DNA from: Candidatus Latescibacterota bacterium
GTDB lineage: Bacteria > Latescibacterota > UBA2968 > GCA-2709665
DNA length: 64,000 nt
Direction of reading: 5' to 3'
Assembly: GCA_965226795.1 (NCBI GenBank)
Contig: CBDDDZ010000002.1
Coordinates: forward strand, 608,001 to 672,000
Shown piece by piece: positions 1-9,571 of this stretch (position 1 is its first letter; every line of letters begins with the position of its first letter). The notes beneath the pieces were generated by a model, which saw only the letters and a program-made list of their open reading frames with translations, was not told the DNA's origin and did no database searches. Both the position numbers and the translations under genes were made by a program.

Positions 1-2330
1 GACACGTCGTCCATGTACGCGAGAGCGGTATGGTCCGGGTGCGGCAGGTCGCCGGTCTGCGCGCGTTGGATTTGGGGGCCGGCGACGGTTCCCGGTGACG
101 GCTGGATGCCCGCGTCGTCCGAGTGGAAGACGCCTTCGAGTCCGCGGCAGGTACGCCAGTGTTCCGTGCCGCCAGAGATCCGGGAAAGGTCGATGAAGGC
201 GACGCCGTCGCCGTCGGTCTCGACCAGAGCGATGAGGCGGCGGAACGTGACACCGAGCTTGCGCCATCCTTGTCCTGCGTCGTGCGCCCATCGGTGCGCC
301 TCGACGTCCAGGACCTGGATGCCGTCCACAAACAGGCTGCGTACCAGGCGCCCGCGGCCGGCGCTGACGGGTTCGCCCGGAGGTAGGTCTGACCAGACGG
401 TGTTGTGGGTTGCCCAGTGGGATTCCCAGGGGGACATGCTCGCCCACGACTGGGGGTAGCCCAGATCGGTGAGAAAAGGCCGGCCGAACGCAAAAAACTG
501 GACGTCCAGAAGGTCTCGGTGGCGGTGGTGGAGCGTATCGCCGTAGACGATGCCGGCGGCGGCCCGCTCGGGGGCCTCGGGTGTGCGGAGAATCGCGATG
601 CCGACGCCGTCGTGGACCGTGGGTCCGAGGGCCACGTGCCGTTTGTTCTGAACGGCCGACCGGATCTCCTTCACCCGCGGGTCATCGGTGAAGGCCACCG
701 CTCGCTCAAGAAGATCGGGATCCATCGGCGGATGAAAGAGATCGCGTTCCAACCGGATCGTGCCCTCTCCCTTGAAGCCGGCCGAGCCGGGGGACGATCC
801 ATCGCCGAACTGGAAGAAGGATTTTCCAACCATCGTGATCTCGTGCAGCGCGCGGGGTACGTGCGCTGCGCGACGATCGTCGAAGAGGGATGGGTAGTCG
901 GCCTCAGGGTAGGCGTCGGGTTGCAGGGCACGAAGGTTTCGGAGGTGATGTTCCAGGTCGAACAGCCCGTCGCTGTGAATCGAGTTGTATCCACCCGTGG
1001 CCTCCTGGGGGGTACCGTCCGGGAAGAAGTCGTTGGTGGTGAAGACACGCAGCGTGTCCGGCCCTTCATCGTAGATCCAATCCATCACGTCCCCCGCGTC
1101 GGGGCGGTCCAGACAGCGCAGGATAAACAGCGCCCCCTGGCTTTCTCTCGGAAGGTTGCTGCTCGCGCCCCGATCCAGCGTGACCTGGAGCAAGGCCGCC
1201 AGCATCTCCTCCGTCAGTTGACAGGCATCTTCGGGAGTCTCAACGGAAAGGCCCATCGATTGGGCGCGTCCGACGAGCTCCCGGTCCTCCCGCATCAGCG
1301 GCCACACCGTGTCGTATGCCAGCGCCAGGCTCGCGATGAGATACGGGGTGTCGATGCTGTAGCGGACGCTACCCTTGGCGCGCAGCGCCTGAACCGGATC
1401 GGACTCGTCCGCCCAGTCGGGCTGGCCCCAATCCCAGGGTTCTTCCACGCCTTTCGACGGACCGTACCGGAACTGGGGTACGGAGGCCAGGTAGAGCTCT
1501 TCCGCGGCGTACCGCAGCAGCAGCAGCCCGAGCCGGCGCGCGAGCGCTTCGTCGAAACCCCCGGCGCGCAGGGCGTTCGTCAGAGCGCCGATTCCTGAAT
1601 GGAAGCTGCGGCTTTGATCCCGGTGATAGGTGGCTGCAAAGAGGAAGATGTGACCGTCGGCGTCGAAATAGCCGTACCCGTCGTCCGGATATTCGCCTGA
1701 AATATAGTCTTCGTTCACCAGGTCGTTGCTGGGATAAACCGAAGCGCAGTTGGGGCACTCGGACTTGAAATCACAAGGATGGTGGTTGCGTACCCAGGGA
1801 TAAAAACCACTGTGTTTGAAAATCGCCGTACCGCAGTTCGGACACCCCTGGTGGCAGTTTGCAAAGTGGGCTTTGGGCAGTTCCGCACGGGGAAGCTGCG
1901 CCCAGGCGATTTCATCCGATTGCGACGACCACCAGGCGATGGTTTCTTCGGCAAGCCGGTCCGATAGGGGCTCGTCCTGCAGCGTCTGCCGGGTCTTTGT
2001 GGTCAGGTAATTCTTCTCCAAAGGCCAGCGGCGCGGCCACGCGGCGCCGTTGTAGGTTTGCGGCCGGCGCAGGTCGTCCAGTGTGCGGACGTGGATGGTT
2101 GTTTCCGCGGTCTCGCCGCGGTGTGAGGCGAGCAGGGTGTAGTCCCCGGCCTGTCCGGGAGACCGCAAATAGTGGTAGATTGCGGCGTCACGTTCGGACC
2201 ACCTGGTGGTGATGACTTCGAATTGATCCGCCGAAAGCTCGACGTTGTCGCCGGGCGCCTGAACGGGCAGACGGAAGCTGCGTCCGGGGAGAATGACCCT
2301 GGGCCGCCAGGGTATGGCGAAATCGGACAT
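1..2330 (-). CDS. Heparinase II/III-like (polysaccharide lyase-type) protein, 3' end runs off the window
   Basis: Absent from the ORF track, probably because no stop falls inside the window. Manual minus-strand translation from ATG at 2330 (GAGG upstream) gives MSDFAIPWRPRV..., then DFFPDGTPQEATGGYN, QFGDG and HHRHRDLLDVQFFAFGRPFLTDLGY...HWATHNTV, which fit heparinase II/III motifs. The + ORF 405..1598 is its in-register antisense shadow. Confidence 0.8.
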   Translation of the reverse strand, partial: MSDFAIPWRPRVILPGRSFRLPVQAPGDNVELSADQFEVITTRWSERDAAIYHYLRSPGQAGDYTLLASHRGETAETTIHVRTLDDLRRPQTYNGAAWPRRWPLEKNYLTTKTRQTLQDEPLSDRLAEETIAWWSSQSDEIAWAQLPRAELPKAHFANCHQGCPNCGTAIFKHSGFYPWVRNHHPCDFKSECPNCASVYPSNDLVNEDYISGEYPDDGYGYFDADGHIFLFAATYHRDQSRSFHSGIGALTNALRAGGFDEALARRLGLLLLRYAAEELYLASVPQFRYGPSKGVEEPWDWGQPDWADESDPVQALRAKGSVRYSIDTPYLIASLALAYDTVWPLMREDRELVGRAQSMGLSVETPEDACQLTEEMLAALLQVTLDRGASSNLPRESQGALFILRCLDRPDAGDVMDWIYDEGPDTLRVFTTNDFFPDGTPQEATGGYNSIHSDGLFDLEHHLRNLRALQPDAYPEADYPSLFDDRRAAHVPRALHEITMVGKSFFQFGDGSSPGSAGFKGEGTIRLERDLFHPPMDPDLLERAVAFTDDPRVKEIRSAVQNKRHVALGPTVHDGVGIAILRTPEAPERAAAGIVYGDTLHHRHRDLLDVQFFAFGRPFLTDLGYPQSWASMSPWESHWATHNTVWSDLPPGEPVSAGRGRLVRSLFVDGIQVLDVEAHRWAHDAGQGWRKLGVTFRRLIALVETDGDGVAFIDLSRISGGTEHWRTCRGLEGVFHSDDAGIQPSPGTVAGPQIQRAQTGDLPHPDHTALAYMDDV

Positions 2331-2393
2331 GGCAATGTTCCTCGGTGATGGGAAATTGGGGTTGTGGCGTGCGAACCAGTACTGTTTTCCGGC

Positions 2394-3230
2394 CTACACA
2401 GCCATTTTCGCCTTGACAGCGGCATGGCAGCGGTAGTTGATTAACTGGAAGTCGTCGTAGATGAAATCGTCGATTGTCTTTTGACCACGGTCCGTAATAC
2501 GCAGGCTCGGGAGTGGAAACGGATCGCGGGAAAGCTGTTCCTGAACCGCGTCCAGGTGGTTCAGGTAGATGTGGGCGTCGGCGAGAGTATGGATGAATTC
2601 ACCGGGTTCGAGACGGGTGATCCTGGCGACCATGTGGAGCAGGAGCGAATATGAGGCAATGTTGAGCGGGACCCCGAGAAACATGTCGCAGGACCGCTGG
2701 TACATCAGAAGGGAGAGTCTGCCATGGGCAACGTAAAACTGAAAGAAAGAATGGCAGGGGGGAAGGGCGACGTCTTCCGGCGCGACTTCGGCGGCATTCC
2801 AGGCGTTCACAATGATGCGCCTGGAGTCGGGGCTGCGGCGGATCAGGTCGATCGCTTCCCGCAGCTGGTCCACGGTCCGCTCCGCACCGCGCCAATGCCG
2901 CCACTGGACGCCGTAGATGCGTCCCATGGAACCGCCATTCTCGCGCAGGCCGAGCCTGTTGAGGTAATCTTCGTAGTTGCCGTCCCAGAGTTTGTTGTGG
3001 GGATAGATCTTCTTGAGGTCATTGATGTTGTCAGATCCTGAGATGAACCAAAGAAGCTCTGAGACCATGGATTTCCACACGAGCTTTTTCGTGGTGACCG
3101 CGGGGAATCCATCGTTCATATTATACCGCGCCTGAAGGCCGAAACAGGAAATCGTGCCGACACCAGTCCTGTCCTCCTTACTGACGCCGTGGTCCAGGAT
3201 ATGTCGAAGCTGATCGAGATATTGTTTCAT
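2394..3230 (-). CDS. thyA: Thymidylate synthase
   Basis: EDRTGVGT, TTKK, ELLWF, catalytic LPPCH, YQRSCDMFLGVPLNIASY, DAHIYLNH; ends in MAV. Confidence 0.98.
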   Translation of the reverse strand: MKQYLDQLRHILDHGVSKEDRTGVGTISCFGLQARYNMNDGFPAVTTKKLVWKSMVSELLWFISGSDNINDLKKIYPHNKLWDGNYEDYLNRLGLRENGGSMGRIYGVQWRHWRGAERTVDQLREAIDLIRRSPDSRRIIVNAWNAAEVAPEDVALPPCHSFFQFYVAHGRLSLLMYQRSCDMFLGVPLNIASYSLLLHMVARITRLEPGEFIHTLADAHIYLNHLDAVQEQLSRDPFPLPSLRITDRGQKTIDDFIYDDFQLINYRCHAAVKAKMAV

Positions 3231-3390
3231 AATTACACCACTTGCTCAGAAAACAAGCTGTCAGCTATCAGCGGTCGGCTAAAGAACAAAACCGAAAACC
3301 AGACAGCAAGACGTCAGCCACGAGAAACAACAAAAACCAATTGGGGGGCTGCTGGGCCCTCTTGCGTCTTACGTCTCGCTTTTCGCCGAA
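3231..3390 (-). repeat. Heptamer-rich intergenic repeat, copy A
   Basis: The minus strand has GCGAGACGTAAGACGCA and TGACAGCTTGTTTTCTGA, both matched in 16200-16401; heptamer-like units GCTGATA/GCTGACA/ACGTCTT. Confidence 0.65.
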
Positions 3391-3864
3391 TCAATAAACC
3401 TTCCGCCTCCTTTCATACACGAACAGGGTGAATTCCGGGTGGTTTTCCTTTCTGGCGATTCTCCAGTCGCCCTCATCGAACTCGGGGAAGAAGGTGTCAC
3501 CGTCGTAGTCGCCCTTGATGCGGGAGAGATACATCCGATTCGCGAGGGGAATGGACTGCCGGTAAATCTCCGCGCCGCCCGCGCTGAAAACGGGTTTCCC
3601 GTAGGACCTGGCTTTTTCGAGTGCTTCCTCAAAAGTGCGGCAGACGTCGACGCCCTCGGTTTCCGGGAATGAACGGCTGACGACGACGTGGGGGCGTTTC
3701 GGCAGGGGCCGGCAGCCGATGGATTCAAAGGTCTTGCGCCCCAGGATAAGTACGCCGCCGCCGGTGATTTTCTTGAACTGTAGGAGTTCCTCGGATACAT
3801 GCCACGGCATGGTATTGCCATTGCCGATCACCCCGTTTTCCGCCATGGCGGCGATGACGGTCAT
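3391..3864 (-). CDS. folA: Dihydrofolate reductase
   Basis: IAAMAENGVIG, MPW, GRKTFESIG, RPLPKR, GGAEIY, GDTFFP; lies next to thyA and has an ATGA overlap with rimO. Confidence 0.96.
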   Translation of the reverse strand: MTVIAAMAENGVIGNGNTMPWHVSEELLQFKKITGGGVLILGRKTFESIGCRPLPKRPHVVVSRSFPETEGVDVCRTFEEALEKARSYGKPVFSAGGAEIYRQSIPLANRMYLSRIKGDYDGDTFFPEFDEGDWRIARKENHPEFTLFVYERRRKVY

Positions 3865-5204
3865 AAACGCCTCGGCGCAGCGATATCCAGCAGTTGCGGT
3901 GCGGCTGTCGAGCGTCCGATGAGATCGTGATCGAGTGCATCGGTTATCTCCACGTCCGTGAATTCGCCGACCCGCGCCTCTCCGGAAATAAAGACTTCGC
4001 CGTCGATCTCGGGAGCGTCCATGCGCGTACGGCCTATATAGTCATAGGCCGGATCGTCCGCCGGGCGGTCGACCAGCGCGGGGTAGGTCCGGCCGACGCA
4101 TTCGGCGGTGATTTCGGAGGAGATGACGGCCTGGAGGCTGAGGATGCGATCCAGCCGATCCCGCTTTTCGTCTTCCGGTACGTCGTCCTCCAGGCTGCCG
4201 GCGCGGGTACCGTCTTCGTGGGAATAGAGGAAGCCGACCAGCCGGTTGAAGCGGGTTTCCTCGATAAACTCCAGAAGTTCCTGTACGTTTTCCTCTTTCT
4301 CGCCCGGGAACCCGGCGATAACGGAGGACCGGAGGGCCAGGGTGGGCACGCGCTCCCGGAGCTTTCGGATGAGGGCTCGCGTACTCTCCTGGGTCGCGCC
4401 GCGATTCATCGCTTTGAGCATGGCATTGGAGGCGTGCTGGATGGGCATATCCACGTATGCGCAGAGTTTTTCCTCCGTTGCCAGGAGGTCGATCAGGTCG
4501 TCGCGCCAGCCCGTGGGGTAGGTGTAGAGCAGGCGAATCCATTGGAGGCCGTCGATGCGGACCAGTTCGCGCAAGAGGTCTACCAGACGGGGGCTGCCGT
4601 AAAGGTCTGCCCCGTAACGCATGGTATCCTGGGCGATAAGCGCGACCTCTTTCACTCCGCCCGCGACCATGCGCCAGGCTTCGGCGACCAGAACCTCGAT
4701 GGATTCGCTGCGGTTGGCGCCCCGGATGCCGGGAATGGCGCAGAAGGCACAGGTCCGGTCGCAGCCGTCCGAGATGCGCAGATAGGCCCAGTGATTGGGG
4801 GTGAGCAGGTGCCGGGCGCCCTCTTCTCTGTAGATTCTGGGGCGTGAGATGCCCAGAAGACGGTCGCAATGGGCGACGATCTCGCTTTCGCCGGCCAGAC
4901 CGACGACAAGGTCGGCCTCGGGAATTTCCGCTTCGAGTTCGAGTCGATAGCGTTCGGCCAGACACCCGGTGAGGATCAGACCCTTGCAGTTGCCGGTTTC
5001 CTTGTAGTCCGCGGCTTCGAGGGCCGTGGCGATGGACTCCTCTTTGGCCGGTTCGATAAAACCGCATGTGTTCACAACGATGATGTCGGCTTCATCGGGT
5101 TCTTCGGCCACGGTATAGTCGTTGCATTCCAGAAGCCGGTGCATGCGTTCCGAGTCGACGGTATTCTTAGGGCATCCGAGCGTTATGAGTGAAACTGTCG
5201 GCAT
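3861..5204 (-). CDS. rimO: Ribosomal protein S12 methylthiotransferase RimO
   Basis: TLGCPKNTVDSE, VNTCGFIEPAKEES, radical SAM GCDRTCAFC, DAPEIDG in the TRAM region; start refined to ATG 5204 (MPTVSL). Confidence 0.96.
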   Translation of the reverse strand: MPTVSLITLGCPKNTVDSERMHRLLECNDYTVAEEPDEADIIVVNTCGFIEPAKEESIATALEAADYKETGNCKGLILTGCLAERYRLELEAEIPEADLVVGLAGESEIVAHCDRLLGISRPRIYREEGARHLLTPNHWAYLRISDGCDRTCAFCAIPGIRGANRSESIEVLVAEAWRMVAGGVKEVALIAQDTMRYGADLYGSPRLVDLLRELVRIDGLQWIRLLYTYPTGWRDDLIDLLATEEKLCAYVDMPIQHASNAMLKAMNRGATQESTRALIRKLRERVPTLALRSSVIAGFPGEKEENVQELLEFIEETRFNRLVGFLYSHEDGTRAGSLEDDVPEDEKRDRLDRILSLQAVISSEITAECVGRTYPALVDRPADDPAYDYIGRTRMDAPEIDGEVFISGEARVGEFTDVEITDALDHDLIGRSTAAPQLLDIAAPRRL

Positions 5205-5337
5205 AGTGATCTCCCGGAGCGGCGGATGACCGATGAATTTCATCGCTTTCGTCCGAATAATCGCAGGGCTTGCAGAAAAATCGTCGATGTGTGGAATTTT
5301 GTCAAGCGGAGATTGATCGGAAATCCATGAGGTGCAA

Positions 5338-6564
5338 ATGAAAGACGGTGTCATTGGACGGGTCTCCTGTGGCTGGTTCGTCCTTCTGGTGGGGGTTCTG
5401 CTACTTACTACGCAGGGCAATGCAATGGACTTCGAGTTGTCCCGCATCGATACCGGAGAGGCGTCGGTCAGTCCATATTGGGGTTACAATGCGCCTAAAC
5501 TGGTGTTCGACGGCGACCACTTTTACACGGTGGGCCGGTGGGGGCCGCACCAGGATGCCGCTAGGGGTGTCGTCTACCGTAGCGGAAGCGACGGCTGGGA
5601 GGTCTTCCTCGAGTGGGAAGGGCTCCATCATCAACCGGGGATGGTATTGCTGGACTCACAACGACGCCTCGTACTCATTCATGCTCGGCGCGAGGCCGGT
5701 CCCCTGATTTTGCATCAGCGCCAGCGCGGCGACCCGCGAGGATTCGCCCGGATTGCTCTGCCGGACGGATTGGATCGCGCCGGCTATATCGGGGCGGCCG
5801 TGGACGGGGATCGGCTCGTCCTCGGGTACATCGGGGCGCCGGGGCAATATTCATTCAATGTCGCATGGGTCGACCTGGACACAGGTACATGGTCGGGGCC
5901 TTTTCTTCTGGCCAGGGAGCAGCGATCGAAGAAGCCCTGGACCACGTGGCTGTACCCCCTGATCGTGCCAGATGGCGATGGCTTCCATCTGGTGGTGAGT
6001 AACAACGCCTATCGCAGCCCGTATTACAACCGGATTAACTACCTTAATGTTCTTTACAGACATCCCTCGTCCGCCGTCGCAGAGGTCGTTTCGGAAGTGT
6101 CCCCGTGGACCGGAAACCTGGCCTTTGCCCAAGCTATTTGGCGATCGCATGGTGGCGCACTGTTTGTCACGGTCACGCACCAGCCCGAAGGCGGGAAGAA
6201 CCAATTGCTCGTTTACCGGCGAGACCCCAATACAGGGCATTGGGAGGCGGTAACCGCAGGCAGTGCGGGAATCGCCGCCGTTTTTCAAAACATGGGGCAT
6301 CCCGGGCAGATGTGGATGTCGAGTACCTCGGGACCGGCCCTCCGGCTCTACCGCGGCGAAGATGAAGGCCGAAGATGGTCCGCCGTCTCGCTGGGTTGTT
6401 TTGAAGGGTACGGACTGCGGAATACCTTTTTTCTGTACGGTATCACGCTGGCGAGCGGCAGCCTGCTGCCGGACGAGCCGTGCGCTGTGTTCAGCAGCGG
6501 CATCAATCCTAACCTGGAGCTGTGGTTTGTGCGTTTTCACACCTCGGATCGGCGCCTTCGGTAA
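5338..6564 (+). CDS. Hypothetical secreted protein, probable beta-propeller (BNR/sialidase-like)
   Basis: Hydrophobic N-terminal signal-like segment, a GEDEGRRW Asp-box-like motif and repeated DxxTGxW turns. Confidence 0.55.
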   Translation: MKDGVIGRVSCGWFVLLVGVLLLTTQGNAMDFELSRIDTGEASVSPYWGYNAPKLVFDGDHFYTVGRWGPHQDAARGVVYRSGSDGWEVFLEWEGLHHQPGMVLLDSQRRLVLIHARREAGPLILHQRQRGDPRGFARIALPDGLDRAGYIGAAVDGDRLVLGYIGAPGQYSFNVAWVDLDTGTWSGPFLLAREQRSKKPWTTWLYPLIVPDGDGFHLVVSNNAYRSPYYNRINYLNVLYRHPSSAVAEVVSEVSPWTGNLAFAQAIWRSHGGALFVTVTHQPEGGKNQLLVYRRDPNTGHWEAVTAGSAGIAAVFQNMGHPGQMWMSSTSGPALRLYRGEDEGRRWSAVSLGCFEGYGLRNTFFLYGITLASGSLLPDEPCAVFSSGINPNLELWFVRFHTSDRRLR

Positions 6565-6694
6565 CCGGCCGCCCAAATACCCACCCGCGGGGAACCCGGC
6601 GGTCTCCGCGGAACGGGTCCCCGCACCTGCGGGCAGGCGCGCCGGACAACAAAGGCTCCGTTCGGCTGAAGGAAGTCCGGATTCGGGTTCTTTC

Positions 6695-6722
6695 TTGACA
6701 AGTTTTGTCTGGCAGATATATT
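6695..6722 (+). promoter_or_regulatory. Candidate sigma70 promoter for rpmB
   Basis: TTGACA-16 nt-TATATT upstream of rpmB. Confidence 0.45.
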
Positions 6723-6857
6723 TATGCTGTAAGGAATCCATGCGTCACCGTGATGTCTCGCGTTTTTTCGGATGACGTACCGGGATGTGAGAGCGGAGCG
6801 GTTTCAACTTCAAGTAGACACGAGCGACTCAATCAAGAGTTCCAGGAGGTCTTGGAA

Positions 6858-7049
6858 ATGGCAGCCAGATGTGAAATTTGCGGGAAAGGGCCGATGGTCG
6901 GCAATCACGTCAGCCACGCCAATAATAGAAAGAAACGGCGATTCAATCCGAATCTGAGGCGGGTGCGCGCGCTGGTGGACGGGACGGCCCGAAGGATGAA
7001 GGTCTGTACCAAGTGCATAAAGCTCGGCCGCGTAAAAAAAGCCGCATAA
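6858..7049 (+). CDS. rpmB: 50S ribosomal protein L28 (Cys-containing, zinc-binding type)
   Basis: [33 protein letters not shown]...[17 protein letters not shown]. Confidence 0.98.
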   Translation: MAARCEICGKGPMVGNHVSHANNRKKRRFNPNLRRVRALVDGTARRMKVCTKCIKLGRVKKAA

Positions 7050-7130
7050 GGATTATCCGGAGTCGTCAGATGTCCGCCGGCGGTTCCCCGGCATGAGTTC
7101 GGAAAATGCCGGCAGAGGAATCCAACCCGG

Positions 7131-7165
7131 AAAAACTCACCTTTTGTTTCAAGGTGGGTTTTTTT
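7131..7165 (+). terminator. Rho-independent terminator after rpmB
   Basis: AAAAACTCACCTT-loop-AAGGTGGGTTTTTTT hairpin followed by a T-tract. Confidence 0.8.
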
Positions 7166-7274
7166 ATGTTACCGACGTGACAGCCACCCCAGAGGGTGAG
7201 GGCAGCCACGAGGGTTGCACACGCATGGACGAAACGGGTATTGGACCCGACGTTACCGACGGGACGCGCCCTGA

Positions 7275-9407
7275 ATGGACTACTTTCGCGCTAAACGCTA
7301 TCTGAATACCCTTCAGGATTGGGAGAGGGACGGGACGGCGGCGGGTACGCCGGACGACTACCTGCCCCGGATGCGGGCCCTGTTGCGCCGGATGGGAAAT
7401 TCCAAGCAGGAGTATGCCTCCGTCATTGTCGGAGGTACCAATGGAAAGGGGACGGTTGCCAACGTTCTGGCCGCCCTCATCCAGGCTTCGGGCCGACGGG
7501 CCGGTATCTACACGTCGCCCCATCTGCACACCATCCGCGAACGCATCCGGATCGACGGTCGGATTCTGGATAAGGATCTCTGGGCGAAAGGAATCGCCGA
7601 CCTTTACGATCGAACGCGCCGCTTCGAACAGGAGGGGTACGGTTCTTTCACGAGGTTTGAGGCGTTAACAGCGCTGGCGGCGTCCATGTTTGCCCGATCC
7701 GGGGTCGAAATCGGTGTGTTTGAGGTGGGGCTGGGCGGGCGTTACGACGCGACCAATGCCTGGGATTCCGATATGGCCGTCCTGACGTCGGTCGATCTGG
7801 ATCACACCGACGTGCTGGGTGATACCGTGGAGGCGATCGCGTTGGATAAGCTCTATATCGCCCGTTCCGGCAGGCCGCTTTTCACCCCGGGCACACAGAA
7901 ACCCGAGGTGCTCGCGTTGTTGCGGCGCGAGTGTCGTGAACGGGGAGTGGATCTTCGGGTTGTCGGCGGCGAAACGGAGGAGGGATCGCGCGATGAGCAG
8001 CGGGAATTCGGGCATCGGGACCCGACGGATCGGGGGTCCGTGTTCTGGAAAAACGCCCGGTTGGCGGTTGCCGTCGGGCGCTACCTTATGGGGGAGGAGC
8101 TCACACAGGCGCGTATCCTTGAGGCGGTGAACGGGCTCCGGCTGCCGGGCAGGTTCGAGGTGGCGCGCCGGTCGCCCCGGGTCGTGCTGGATGGTGCGCA
8201 CAACCCGGCCGGAGCCGCGGCCCTTGCCGCCGATCTGCGCCGGATTTCGGACCGGTGGACCTTTGTGGTAGGGGTGAACGCGGGGCATAATCCCCGGGGG
8301 ATACTCGGGGCGATCCAGCCGCTGTCGAAGCGGGTGATTCTGACGCGGTCCGACCACCCGAAGGCCCTGCCCGTGAACGTGTTGCGGGAGAGCTTGCCCG
8401 ATGGGCTTGCCGCCCGCTGCGCGACGAACGTTGTAGAAGCGCTGGAGCACGCGGGGTTGCGGGATGAGGATCCCGTCTGTATCATGGGATCGCTGCATCT
8501 GGTGGGCCGGGCGCGGGAAGCGCTGGGGCTGCCCTGTGAACGGGACGGTTTCGGGGAAGATCTTCACCGGGAGAGTCTGGCGTGCCTGGCGCCGGCCTGC
8601 AAGAACCTCGGCCTTCCGTTTGAAGCGGTTTCGGAAGACGGAAATCTGGTGTGCATACGGCCGCCAGGCGGCCGGCCGACCTATTTTCTGCGGAACAAGC
8701 ATCCCTTCAACGACTACGTTGCCGCCCGTCTGGCGGAAGACAAGGCATATCAATACGAGTTGTTTTCGCGTGCCGGGATTCCGGTTCCCGAAACGCTGGT
8801 GGCGTTCAACCCGTTTGCAGACGAACGGTTCGCGCGATATCGGACTCATCCGTCCATCGATGCGATTCTGCAGGAGGCGGAAGACCGGTTCTCCTATCCC
8901 GTGGTTGTTAAGCGCAACCTGGGGTCGCTGGCTCAGGGGGTGTTTCTGGAGCGAGACCGGTGCGCCCTGAAGAATCGCTTGCGGGCATTGTTTGAAAACA
9001 GCGGTTTTCTGGACAATATAGTCCTGGTTCAGGCCCACATTAGCGGGCCCGAGTATCGGATCGTTGCCGCCGGGGATGAATTGTTGCTGGCATACGAGAA
9101 AATAGGCGCATCCCCGGGCGGGGATCTGAATCCGCTGCATGGGGCGACGGGGTTTGCGAAGCGGGTGGATGCACCGGAACTGATCGATGCGCTTTCGCGG
9201 GTGGCGGCGGACGTGGCGGGCGTGGTCGAACTGGGGTTCTACGCCATCGATGCGATTCGGTCGCCGTCGGGATTCCAGGTTATTGAAATCAATCCCAACC
9301 CGATGTGTTATTTTTACAACCTGCACAACGGGCGATCGGATTTCGTCGGCATTTACGAAAAACTGATTCAAAGGCATCTGTCGGGTTCGCGGCCGCCGGA
9401 CGCGTAA
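7275..9407 (+). CDS. folC: Folylpolyglutamate/dihydrofolate synthase (FolC) fused to a C-terminal RimK-like ATP-grasp domain
   Basis: FolC motifs GTNGKGT, YTSPHL, EVGLGGRYDATN, PGRFE, DGAHNP, GSLHLVG. After about aa 425 come ATP-grasp motifs DKAYQ...GIPVPET, YPVVVK...GS.AQGV, LVQAHI...EYR, AID...IEINPNP. Confidence 0.88.
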   Translation: MDYFRAKRYLNTLQDWERDGTAAGTPDDYLPRMRALLRRMGNSKQEYASVIVGGTNGKGTVANVLAALIQASGRRAGIYTSPHLHTIRERIRIDGRILDKDLWAKGIADLYDRTRRFEQEGYGSFTRFEALTALAASMFARSGVEIGVFEVGLGGRYDATNAWDSDMAVLTSVDLDHTDVLGDTVEAIALDKLYIARSGRPLFTPGTQKPEVLALLRRECRERGVDLRVVGGETEEGSRDEQREFGHRDPTDRGSVFWKNARLAVAVGRYLMGEELTQARILEAVNGLRLPGRFEVARRSPRVVLDGAHNPAGAAALAADLRRISDRWTFVVGVNAGHNPRGILGAIQPLSKRVILTRSDHPKALPVNVLRESLPDGLAARCATNVVEALEHAGLRDEDPVCIMGSLHLVGRAREALGLPCERDGFGEDLHRESLACLAPACKNLGLPFEAVSEDGNLVCIRPPGGRPTYFLRNKHPFNDYVAARLAEDKAYQYELFSRAGIPVPETLVAFNPFADERFARYRTHPSIDAILQEAEDRFSYPVVVKRNLGSLAQGVFLERDRCALKNRLRALFENSGFLDNIVLVQAHISGPEYRIVAAGDELLLAYEKIGASPGGDLNPLHGATGFAKRVDAPELIDALSRVAADVAGVVELGFYAIDAIRSPSGFQVIEINPNPMCYFYNLHNGRSDFVGIYEKLIQRHLSGSRPPDA

Positions 9408-9571
9408 GCACGCGAAACGCCGGACGTGAACAGATCGATGAAGGTGGAGTTCCGGTTTCGCGGCGACTGGCCGGTATACGCGTTCCACGCTCAACTCTGT
9501 CCAACCGGACACAGTTTCGTTGGCAAACTGACATTCAAAACGTTATCCGGATTTTCAGAAAGGAACACGCT

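Noticed and set aside
405..1598. 397-aa plus-strand ORF
   Set aside because: In-register antisense shadow of the minus-strand heparinase-like gene; no motifs.
7275..9407. Cyanophycin synthetase
   Set aside because: Domain order is reversed and the N-terminal part has FolC-specific motifs.
7665..9512. 615-aa minus-strand ORF (also 16216..18729, 40411..41832, 60982..62448 and similar)
   Set aside because: Antisense to well-supported genes, which is expected in GC-rich DNA.
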